Source: Nitrospira sp. SG-bin2 | Lineage (GTDB): Bacteria; Nitrospirota; Nitrospiria; Nitrospirales; Nitrospiraceae | Length of the DNA: 64,000 nt | Direction of reading: 5' to 3' | Assembly (NCBI GenBank): GCA_002083405.1 | Contig: LVWT01000045.1 | Span: 17,637-81,636 of the forward strand | Shown here: piece by piece, positions 55,494-63,081 of the stretch | Position numbering within the stretch: position 1 is the first letter of the stretch | Layout: every line of letters begins with the position of its first letter | The notes under the pieces: model-generated | Databases searched by the model: none | The model's input: only the letters and a program-made list of their open reading frames with translations | Told to the model about the DNA's origin: nothing | Made by a program: the position numbers and the translations under genes

Positions 55494-55910
55494 CTAGCGG
55501 GTGCGGAGCAGAGCGACAAACCCTTCCTGTTCAAAATGCCGATCGGTCGTCAGAGCTTCGGATAGATGGCGTTCACGCATGAGCAGCATCGACCCGCAGT
55601 CGGTCAGGCTGTATCCTTTGTCCGGCCTGGATTTGTAGAAGGCGAGACTGCGGCTGAATGTGCGGCGACTTTGCGGAATCACTGTGACTCGTGAATTGTT
55701 CATGATTGCTTCGACCATTTCAACTGCGGCGGCGCGGACATGAGGTCCTTTGTCGGCCAAGGCATGGAGAAACTCGGTAAGGACTGCTTCTGTCGTGAAG
55801 AGGCGGCAGTGTCCCAACGCGGAGGACACTTCGACAGCTTTAGCGTGATATTGGTCGAAAGAATTCGTGAGGGCGATCCAATAAACGGTGTCTGCGAAGA
55901 GGCGCTTCAC
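55494..55910 (-). CDS. vapC: PIN-domain toxin VapC
   Basis: 138 aa with FADTVYWIAL (first acidic residue), TTEAVLTEF, SLTDCGSMLLM and LTTDRHF. Confidence 0.8.
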   Translation of the reverse strand: MKRLFADTVYWIALTNSFDQYHAKAVEVSSALGHCRLFTTEAVLTEFLHALADKGPHVRAAAVEMVEAIMNNSRVTVIPQSRRTFSRSLAFYKSRPDKGYSLTDCGSMLLMRERHLSEALTTDRHFEQEGFVALLRTR

Positions 55911-56110
55911 GTTCCCTTGCTGCCGTAGAGGTAGTGGTCATGGTGAGCGGCGAGATCTGTGGGCAGTTTATGGAGGTCAGGTTCAGGAATAGTCCGGGCG
56001 ATGCGCAAGATTTCTTCCCACACCGGGCGAGGCTTTCTTTTCTTGAGGGAGGAGGCGCTTTTTCGCCCACGTTTGGGGACTCTCGTGCGTACAGTCGATC
56101 GCGTGCTCAT
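55907..56110 (-). CDS. vapB: VapB-type antitoxin (non-AbrB type with C-terminal HDHYLYG motif)
   Basis: 67 aa from the ATG at 56110 with a 4-nt overlap onto vapC. The LPTDLAAHHDHYLYGSK tail recalls antitoxins found upstream of PIN genes. Confidence 0.5.
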   Translation of the reverse strand: MSTRSTVRTRVPKRGRKSASSLKKRKPRPVWEEILRIARTIPEPDLHKLPTDLAAHHDHYLYGSKGT

Positions 56111-56338
56111 GATGGGTGGAATTATAGCGGGTAACATCTATGTTGTCCAAAGGTGGCTAGCCCTTGCAACTCATGCTTCCCGGTCTACCTCCGCGAGTAC
56201 CATTGATGGTGTTGGTCCTCGGTGAATCGCGCTTTCGACGCGCCGCCTGGTTCGTTGGTGTGAGAATCCTGTCGAAGTTGCCCCTGGGTGCAGAGTCTTG
56301 TACACTTCCTGCCGTGTGCCAATTTAGGAGTTCAGGCG

Positions 56339-56536
56339 ATGCCAGGAAATTCCGGTCAACCAGATGATGCGAAGATTGCCGACAATTTGCGTTGCGCCAT
56401 CGAGTTGACAGAGCTCGGATTACGTCTGCGTAGTGCAGTGCTGCAACAGAATAAGCCTCAGGGCGATGCCATGGTACAAGTCATGCGCGAGATTCGCCGC
56501 GCAAAAGAGCAAGCATGGCAGAAGAATCACTCTTAG
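56339..56536 (+). CDS. Small helical protein, putative partner of the downstream nucleotidyltransferase
   Basis: 65 aa from the ATG at 56339 (TAGGAG RBS). It overlaps the next ORF by 22 nt. Confidence 0.45.
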   Translation: MPGNSGQPDDAKIADNLRCAIELTELGLRLRSAVLQQNKPQGDAMVQVMREIRRAKEQAWQKNHS

Positions 56537-57048
56537 CTCAGACCCTCTCGACTCTCATCACGGACTTCAATCGACGCGATATTCAGTATGCGCTGGCCGG
56601 AGGTTGGGCCTACAGCGCGTTGGTTGAGCCGCGAGCCACGACTGATATCGATGTCCTTCTGTTGATGGAACAGCCTTCCCGCGATCGGCTACAGGCGCTG
56701 CTCTCGTCCCTTTTTGATTCGACCATCGTTCATCCGGCCGCGATGGTCTTTCATGGCATTTCGATTTGGCGATGCGTGGGCGTTCTCAAAAACCAGGAAG
56801 TCGTAATCGACATACTGTTGGCCGATTCCGAATATCTGCAGACAGCCCTGTCGCGTCGTCGGCGGATTCTGTTAGGAGATTTGCCGGTATCGATTCTGAC
56901 ACTGGAAGATTTGATTCTGCTCAAGACGCTGGCTGGTCGGCTTCAAGATCAGGCCGATCTTGAGAAAATCAGACTTCGTCAAGACGAACTTCATATTGAT
57001 TGGGCGTATGTCGGGGAATGGAAAGCAAAGCTGGGTCTTGCCCGATAA
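56515..57048 (+). CDS. Minimal nucleotidyltransferase-fold protein
   Basis: 177 aa with LAGGWAYSALVEPRATTDIDVLL (a GG...DxD NTase motif) and C-terminal LEDLILLKTLAGRLQDQADLEKI. Confidence 0.65.
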   Translation: MAEESLLAQTLSTLITDFNRRDIQYALAGGWAYSALVEPRATTDIDVLLLMEQPSRDRLQALLSSLFDSTIVHPAAMVFHGISIWRCVGVLKNQEVVIDILLADSEYLQTALSRRRRILLGDLPVSILTLEDLILLKTLAGRLQDQADLEKIRLRQDELHIDWAYVGEWKAKLGLAR

Positions 57049-57054
57049 CCTGTC

Positions 57055-58545
57055 CTATTTCTGTGAATACCACCGATAACCTTTTTGCTCCGTGAACTGC
57101 GCTTTCGGCGCGCCGCCCGGTTTTTCCAGTAACAACACTTTGAAGTCGAGGAGGCCGAACCAGGCGGGATCGGCGACGTCGTGGTAGTGCGTACCCTGGA
57201 TCTTGGGGAGCATGTCGCCGAGGGTCTGTTTGAGTTCCGGTTCCGTGTAGGCGCGGATGACGAACGGCTTGTCGATGGCCTGACAAAAGCGTTGAATCGT
57301 ATAGGCTGCGCCGGTGCAGAGGACCTTCGTGTCCGGTTTGAGTCCCAGAAATTGCGGGAGCGAGAGATACCGTTCCTGAAAGCCGAGCCAACGCGCAACA
57401 TGCCGCAGCTGGCTGTATTGCACTTCATATTCGGTATGGCCCGGCAGCTTCACCGGCGCGGGCCAGCCTTCGTCGATTCCAAACTCTGAGAGAAAGGCAT
57501 GTCCGCCCGGTTTCAGGACTCGCCAGAGTTCCGCCACAAAGCGGGTCGGTCCCAGGTTGAAGATGACCTCTTCGGGCAGATCGGTTCCGATCGGAAGGCG
57601 CGCGCGCCTGATCCAATCCAGGGCTTCCTGGTGCTGTGCGGTTTCGCCACGGCCTGACGAGAGTTCCTGTTTCGTCAGCTTCACCGGCGTCATGTCGGCC
57701 ATGTTTTCGTTGTCGATGACCACATCGACGGAGTGGTCTGTGAAGGGAAGCGCTTCGCCGTTTGCTTGTGTGCCGATGACATTCCACCCTCCGGCCTTGG
57801 CGCGGGAGACTTGCCGCTTCAAGAACGGACCGGTGATGTCGAGCGAGCAATAGGTCATACCCTGTTTCTCGAACGGCAGAAGTTCTTTGCCTAACTCGCG
57901 TGCGACGTAGCCGAGGCCCCCGCCGATTTCCACGATCATGCGCGGTTTGGGGGTAAACCAGCCCAGCTTGCGGAGTTGTCGCATCAGGAGCCGGCCGTAG
58001 GTCAGGCCGTTGAGGGCTTCGTTCGGCTCCCGGAACAGATGCGAGACCGTCGTCTCGATGACATCGAAATGGCCGTCGTCATCGGCGGCCTGGCTCAGTT
58101 CATGATGGTGGAAGTCTTCCAGATGTGCTTCGCCCTCGAATCCTTCCTGCCCCGACCAGCCTTCGCGGATTTGTTGCAGCAGAAGGTCCCATTTCCCTTT
58201 GTGCCGATGGCCACCCGGCGGTTCGGTGCCGTAATAGCAGAGCGAGAAGTTTGGCGTCGCCCATCGCTCCAGGTGCCAGAGCCCCGGCTGGCCGTCCGGT
58301 CCGCAGATCTTGCGCCCATATTGTTCAAGCAAGGCGCCGACGGTTGTGTGGCCGTTCATCGCGCGGAGCATGTTCAGGCCGGTCCTGTTCAGTCGTATCA
58401 GCGGAAGATTGTCATCAAGCGGGGCGAACCACCATTCGTCTCCATGGTGCTGATAGGCGACGAGATCGGGGATGTGCCAGGCGAAGAGATTCAACGTCTC
58501 TCCGGTCAGATTCAGTGGTTCTTGGATAGCAGTGACAGGCTTCAT
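57055..58545 (-). CDS. Class I SAM-dependent methyltransferase with N-terminal PqqD/RRE-like domain
   Basis: 496 aa. LPLIRLNRTGLNMLRAMNGHTTVGALLEQYG fits the PqqD-family pattern (LNxTgxxiwxlxdGxxTvxxl). The SAM motif is IVEIGGGLGYVAREL, and the C-terminal part is a helical/beta region. Confidence 0.8.
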   Translation of the reverse strand: MKPVTAIQEPLNLTGETLNLFAWHIPDLVAYQHHGDEWWFAPLDDNLPLIRLNRTGLNMLRAMNGHTTVGALLEQYGRKICGPDGQPGLWHLERWATPNFSLCYYGTEPPGGHRHKGKWDLLLQQIREGWSGQEGFEGEAHLEDFHHHELSQAADDDGHFDVIETTVSHLFREPNEALNGLTYGRLLMRQLRKLGWFTPKPRMIVEIGGGLGYVARELGKELLPFEKQGMTYCSLDITGPFLKRQVSRAKAGGWNVIGTQANGEALPFTDHSVDVVIDNENMADMTPVKLTKQELSSGRGETAQHQEALDWIRRARLPIGTDLPEEVIFNLGPTRFVAELWRVLKPGGHAFLSEFGIDEGWPAPVKLPGHTEYEVQYSQLRHVARWLGFQERYLSLPQFLGLKPDTKVLCTGAAYTIQRFCQAIDKPFVIRAYTEPELKQTLGDMLPKIQGTHYHDVADPAWFGLLDFKVLLLEKPGGAPKAQFTEQKGYRWYSQK

Positions 58546-58612
58546 GGCGAGTGGTTCTTAGTGTTGCGGACACGCAGCCTACAGGAGGAGTTGGTGGTCC
58601 TGCAAGGTAGTC

Positions 58613-59020
58613 TTACAACTGTGATGGCGCCGGAACAGCGTCGGTCACAATTAGGACGCCTCGCATGATGGGATGGATACGGCAGTGATAAAGGTAACGC
58701 CCGGCCGGCAGGCCGGGAATGGTAAACTGCGCTCCCGGAGGGACAGGCCCTGAGTCGAATAAGCAGGGATGGCCATCCTCCACGCACCCGTTGTGGGTCA
58801 CGGTGTGGTGGGTTGGCGTCGGGTTATCCCAGCGGATGGGGTTGCCGCTGGCCACGGTGGCAGTGACGGGAACGTAATAGGGCGATCCGTCTTCCATGAC
58901 GATCTGCGCAGACAGGGACGTGCCCGTAGCCGGCCAGCTTGAGCAGGCTCCTACCACTACGGCGAGGGCAATAGCTAATGTCCTATCCAAGACGGCACGA
59001 CTCCTGTAAAACGCGGTCAT
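58613..59020 (-). CDS. Cupredoxin (amicyanin/pseudoazurin-like blue copper) lipoprotein
   Basis: 135 aa with the lipobox VVGAC. The copper ligands show amicyanin spacing: HHTVTH...YHCRIHPIM (CxxHxxM). Confidence 0.75.
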   Translation of the reverse strand: MTAFYRSRAVLDRTLAIALAVVVGACSSWPATGTSLSAQIVMEDGSPYYVPVTATVASGNPIRWDNPTPTHHTVTHNGCVEDGHPCLFDSGPVPPGAQFTIPGLPAGRYLYHCRIHPIMRGVLIVTDAVPAPSQL

Positions 59021-59281
59021 GGCATAAGAGCCAAGAAGACTGTAGAGGATTCTCTGTCACTCGGTGGCTTTCTCCATCTTATTATCACGAGCACGGGTTT
59101 TTCCAATGGAAGATTTTTGGGTCCTGCCACAGGGAGAGGCCTGTTCAAATCTAGAACGATGAGGAGGGATGGCTTGAGACGGGGTTCATCCATGAGATTG
59201 TTGCAAGAGCCTATTCGTTCATGCTAGATGGTGGCCGACAGCTCGTGGTCAAATCGGCCCGATGACAAGAGGAGGACTGGA

Positions 59282-59737
59282 ATGGCGAAGAAGAAGGCCG
59301 CAACCAAGAAATCGTCAGGAAAGAAAAAAGCTTCGGCATCATCCAAAAAGAAGGTGACGAATAAGAAGAAGGTGGCAAAGAAGCCGGTGAAACAAGCCGC
59401 GGCCGCGAAGAAGAAGCCTGCGAAGAAAACGGTCAAGAAGCCTGCGAAGAAAGTTGTGAAGAAAGCCGCTCCCAAGCCTAGTCGGCCAGCCCCAGCCGCC
59501 CCCAAAGCCGTGGCCAAGGAAGAAGCAATGCCTCGCAAGGCAGCTGTTGCTGCTCCGGTTGAGCCGCGGGAAGCAGATCTCGATGAAGAGATAGCCGGTG
59601 AGGAATTGGAGATGGAGAGCGATATCGAGGAAGATGTGCAGGAAGAGTTGGACCTCGATGAAGATGACGAGAGCGACGGAATCATTGAAAAGTCAGAAGA
59701 CCTTCTGGACGAGCACGACGATTATCGGAACAACTGA
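59282..59737 (+). CDS. Histone-H1-like Lys/Ala-rich protein with strongly acidic C-terminal tail
   Basis: 151 aa from the ATG at 59282 (GAGGAGG RBS). The N-terminal half has KKxAKK repeats. The C-terminal half is DLDEEIAGEELEMESDIEEDVQEELDLDEDDESD. Confidence 0.65.
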   Translation: MAKKKAATKKSSGKKKASASSKKKVTNKKKVAKKPVKQAAAAKKKPAKKTVKKPAKKVVKKAAPKPSRPAPAAPKAVAKEEAMPRKAAVAAPVEPREADLDEEIAGEELEMESDIEEDVQEELDLDEDDESDGIIEKSEDLLDEHDDYRNN

Positions 59738-59756
59738 TTTCTCGGCTGTCAGCTGA

Positions 59757-59823
59757 ACAGTGCCGGAACGAAGTCTTCGCTTCCCGGGGTACTCAATAGG
59801 GGGAGGGGCCGTTCCGGCACTGT
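59757..59823 (+). terminator. Terminator-like long-loop hairpin after the histone-like gene
   Basis: ACAGTGCCGGAACG (59757-59770) pairs with CGTTCCGGCACTGT (59810-59823), followed by CTATTTC. Confidence 0.4.
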
Positions 59824-59989
59824 CTATTTCAGAGCATTCTACTTCTCTCGCCCGACTGACGGCCTGAATACTGTGTCATTCTTATTCTTTCCTTGCCCGC
59901 CCACATTGTCACGTCATTCATATCCGGTCGGCCTGGACTTGCCTTACTGGTAGGCCTCTCGTATAACGGCGCCCGTGGGTGAATATCCG

Positions 59990-61072
59990 ATGATTCATTG
60001 GGGCAGTCGATGCCTGGCATTGCTGCTTGGTTGCGGCGTTCTTGTCTTTGCGCAAGACGTGAGCGCGATGTGCCAGGTGGAGGCCCCTGCCGGTGGAACA
60101 GGCCGCCCACTTGTGAAAAAACTGGCGTCTGGTTGCACAGCGGCTGAGCGGGAAACTCACGCCGTTAACAGCGCGGCGATCATAGCGGCGCTGGAAGAAG
60201 GGCAGGCGGTCGAGCTGGCGGGCGTGATTGTTCGTGGTGATCTGAGCTTCGATCGTCTCCCCCTGCGGACGGCCAAGATGAAGCGGGGCTCTCCCCCTGA
60301 ACAACAGGAACCGCCGAATCAGTTAAGTGGGCAGGAAGTGCGACTCGTCCGAGGGGCGCTGACGATCAGCGACTCGGTCGTTTTGGGAACGGTGCGTCAC
60401 CGGTCTGCCCAAGGCACGCTTCAATTCGATGGGCCGGTGGATTTTCATGGGACGACATTCACGGAAGGGGTGGACCTTTCGCGTGCGCGGTTTCAAGGCA
60501 TCGTCGATCTATCCGGGGTGGTACTTCAAAAAGAGGCGTTCTTTGTGCAAGGGCAATTCACTCGATCGCTGGCATGCAGAGAGGCCAAGTTTGGGCCCCA
60601 TACGAGATTCCATCGCGCTATGTTTTATGGCGCAGTTGATTGCACCGGTGCGCTGTTCGATGGTCTGGCGGAGTTTCTCGAAGTGACGTTTCAACAACAG
60701 GCCTTCTTTGAGCGGGTGCGATTCGGATCGGGAACCGGATTTTCAGGGAGCCGATTCGCGCAGCAGGTCAGTTTTCATGAAGCTATCTTCAGCCGTGACA
60801 CGTTCTTTGGATTTGTCGTCTTTGAGGGGGCTGCTTCATTTGCAGGGGCGCAATTTTTGGGGAAGGCGGACTTTTCCGATGCGGAGTTCAAGCAGCCGGA
60901 CGATCTGGCCAAGGCGCGATTTGACCAGCCGGCACTCCTGGCGCGCACACAGCGCGCTGTTCAAGATCAGCCCGACAAGGGGATGGACTCGCCGATCGGC
61001 CAATATGCCCTGACGGTGGGATTGCTATTCCTCGCGGCGATGCTCCTGGCCTATGCGCTGAAGCGGAAATAG
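59990..61072 (+). CDS. Pentapeptide-repeat protein with signal peptide and C-terminal TM anchor
   Basis: Signal LALLLGCGVLVFAQDVSA. A long run of A(D/N)LxF-type pentapeptides follows (VDLSRARFQGIVDLSGVVLQKEAFF...). The C-terminus has the TM LTVGLLFLAAMLLAYAL. Confidence 0.8.
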   Translation: MIHWGSRCLALLLGCGVLVFAQDVSAMCQVEAPAGGTGRPLVKKLASGCTAAERETHAVNSAAIIAALEEGQAVELAGVIVRGDLSFDRLPLRTAKMKRGSPPEQQEPPNQLSGQEVRLVRGALTISDSVVLGTVRHRSAQGTLQFDGPVDFHGTTFTEGVDLSRARFQGIVDLSGVVLQKEAFFVQGQFTRSLACREAKFGPHTRFHRAMFYGAVDCTGALFDGLAEFLEVTFQQQAFFERVRFGSGTGFSGSRFAQQVSFHEAIFSRDTFFGFVVFEGAASFAGAQFLGKADFSDAEFKQPDDLAKARFDQPALLARTQRAVQDQPDKGMDSPIGQYALTVGLLFLAAMLLAYALKRK

Positions 61073-61149
61073 CCTACCATCATCGGCTAGCCACTACATA
61101 TAGATTTCCGGCTTGCCCGCCCCCCCAATAAGTTGGTATAACCAGCCCC

Positions 61150-61956
61150 ATGGATTCTCCAAGCGACAGCTACGAACAAACTGAGCTGCCCTACCAGGTC
61201 CGTGTCGAAAAGTTCGAGGGACCGCTCGATCTGTTGCTTCACCTGATCAAGAAAAACGAGATCAATATTTACGACATTCCGATCGCCCTGATCGCTCAAC
61301 AGTACTTAGAATACATTGAGGCAATGAAGGATCTGAACCTCAACGTGGCCGGGGATTTTCTCGTGATGGCGGCGACACTGCTCCAGATCAAATCGAAGAT
61401 GCTGTTGCCTGCCGATGAGGCGGCGTTGGATGAGGAAGACGGGCCAGATCCACGAGAGGAACTTGTCCGGCGGCTGTTGGAATATAAAACGTACAAGGAA
61501 GCGGCGACCAGGCTCGATGGGCAGGAAAAGATGTGGCGCGAGATTTTCAGCCGGGAGCAGCCACCGACAGAACCGGTCGAGACGGATGAGACGCTTCTGG
61601 AGAACGTCTCCTTGTTCGATCTCGTGGATGCACTCCAGGGGATTTTGGACCGCAATCCCGGCAAAAAGCTGATCGAGATCATGCCTGACAATCTCACGGT
61701 GCGGGAACGGATGAATGTGATTCTCGAACTGCTGGAAGGCAAAGACTCGGTGTCGTTTGTCGACTTGTTTGAGCAGACCAGCCACCGGCTGGTCGTGATC
61801 GTGACATTTTTGGCGATGTTGGAACTGATTCGGCTGCGGGTGGCGCGGGTGTTCCAAGCGGAAGCGTTTGGGCCGATTCTGGTCTCGCGGGCATTCTCGC
61901 TGGTTCCAGACCCTGCCGAACTCGATGATGTGGATGTGGAATGGAGGGGGACATGA
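61150..61956 (+). CDS. scpA: Segregation and condensation protein A
   Basis: 268 aa with FEGPLDLLLHLIKKNEINIYDIPIALIAQQYLEYI. Confidence 0.9.
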   Translation: MDSPSDSYEQTELPYQVRVEKFEGPLDLLLHLIKKNEINIYDIPIALIAQQYLEYIEAMKDLNLNVAGDFLVMAATLLQIKSKMLLPADEAALDEEDGPDPREELVRRLLEYKTYKEAATRLDGQEKMWREIFSREQPPTEPVETDETLLENVSLFDLVDALQGILDRNPGKKLIEIMPDNLTVRERMNVILELLEGKDSVSFVDLFEQTSHRLVVIVTFLAMLELIRLRVARVFQAEAFGPILVSRAFSLVPDPAELDDVDVEWRGT

Positions 61957-62825
61957 CTCCAGTGACGGAAGAGTTGATTCAAGAGGTATCTGAGGTTGAG
62001 TCCGCGACAGCCGGGCTGGAACAGGAATCTGGTGGCCTATCCGATATGGACAAGACAGCAGAGACGGCTTCCATAGCCGACGCAGCGCAGACCATTGCGG
62101 AGCGGGAACTGAAGGCCATTCTCGAATCCTTGCTCTTTGTCTCCCCGGAGCCGCTTTCGGCCGTGCGGCTTGTCTCGGTGTTGGGAGATGTGACCAAGGC
62201 CGAGGTCGAGCGGACGTTGCGAAGTCTTGGGGAAGAGCTTGAGCAGGAAGGGCGGGGCATCCGGCTCGTGGAAGTCGCCGGTGGGTATCGCTTGGTCACC
62301 AAGCAGGAATATGCGCCGTGGATCAAGCGTTTGGATAAGGCCAAGTCTGCCACGAAGTTGTCACGGTCCGCACTCGAATCACTCGCCATCATTGCCTATA
62401 AGCAGCCGCTTGTCCGTTCGGAAATCGAGGAGATCCGCGGGGTGGAGACATCCGGTGTGGTGCGAACCTTGTTGGAGCGGAAGCTGGTGCGTATCGTCGG
62501 ACGCAAGGAGGTGCCGGGCCGTCCGATCATGTACGGGACAACAAAGTTTTTTCTTGAGCATTTCGGATTGAATGATTTGTCGCAGCTTCCGCCGTTGCGT
62601 GAGTTCAAAGAACTCGGCGAGGCGGAACAGGCGTTGCTGCCGATGGATGAGGCTCTGCCGGTGACGGTCGATGAAACAGCCACAGACCACGTGGCGAAGT
62701 CGATCGAGGGGATCTGCCAGGAGTCGCTGTCTTTGAACGGAGAAGAGGTTTCCGTCGAGTTCAAGGCCGACGAAGAGTTGAAAGGCCACGAAGAGCTCGC
62801 CGGCGAGCCGGTTGAGCAGGCGTAG
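61953..62825 (+). CDS. scpB: Segregation and condensation protein B
   Basis: ILESLLFVSPEPLS and two wHTH domains. ATG 61953 gives an ATGA overlap with scpA, and ATG 61941 is also possible. It has acidic N- and C-terminal extensions. Confidence 0.88.
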   Translation: MTPVTEELIQEVSEVESATAGLEQESGGLSDMDKTAETASIADAAQTIAERELKAILESLLFVSPEPLSAVRLVSVLGDVTKAEVERTLRSLGEELEQEGRGIRLVEVAGGYRLVTKQEYAPWIKRLDKAKSATKLSRSALESLAIIAYKQPLVRSEIEEIRGVETSGVVRTLLERKLVRIVGRKEVPGRPIMYGTTKFFLEHFGLNDLSQLPPLREFKELGEAEQALLPMDEALPVTVDETATDHVAKSIEGICQESLSLNGEEVSVEFKADEELKGHEELAGEPVEQA

Positions 62826-63081
62826 AAGGTCCCTTCTTGGTTCTCGATGGAGCGGTTTTCTCTCAAGGGTAGATTCACATCCCCCTCGCTGCTCATATAA
62901 GGGGCAGGCTGAGCTGACCCCGTTCCCCTATCGGCAACATGAGTGTCCGCTGGTCAAGATCGAGGGGCATCTGGGTGTCCGCTATGCGCCCATCAGCCGT
63001 CGACTCAAACAGGCTGAGCAGGAATATGTGTGATTGCAAGACCGGACCCTGGTTTTACAAAAACCATTCAAAAAGGCAACC

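Noticed and set aside
59125-59165. tRNA-like T-arm string (CCTGTTCAAATCT)
   Set aside because: There is no flanking acceptor, anticodon or D-arm complementarity. It is an isolated chance match.
59224-59685. 153-aa minus-strand ORF opposite the histone-like gene
   Set aside because: It is a mirror image of the Lys/Ala and Asp/Glu low-complexity repeats (Phe/Ser/Ala-rich). The plus-strand gene has a strong RBS and terminator.
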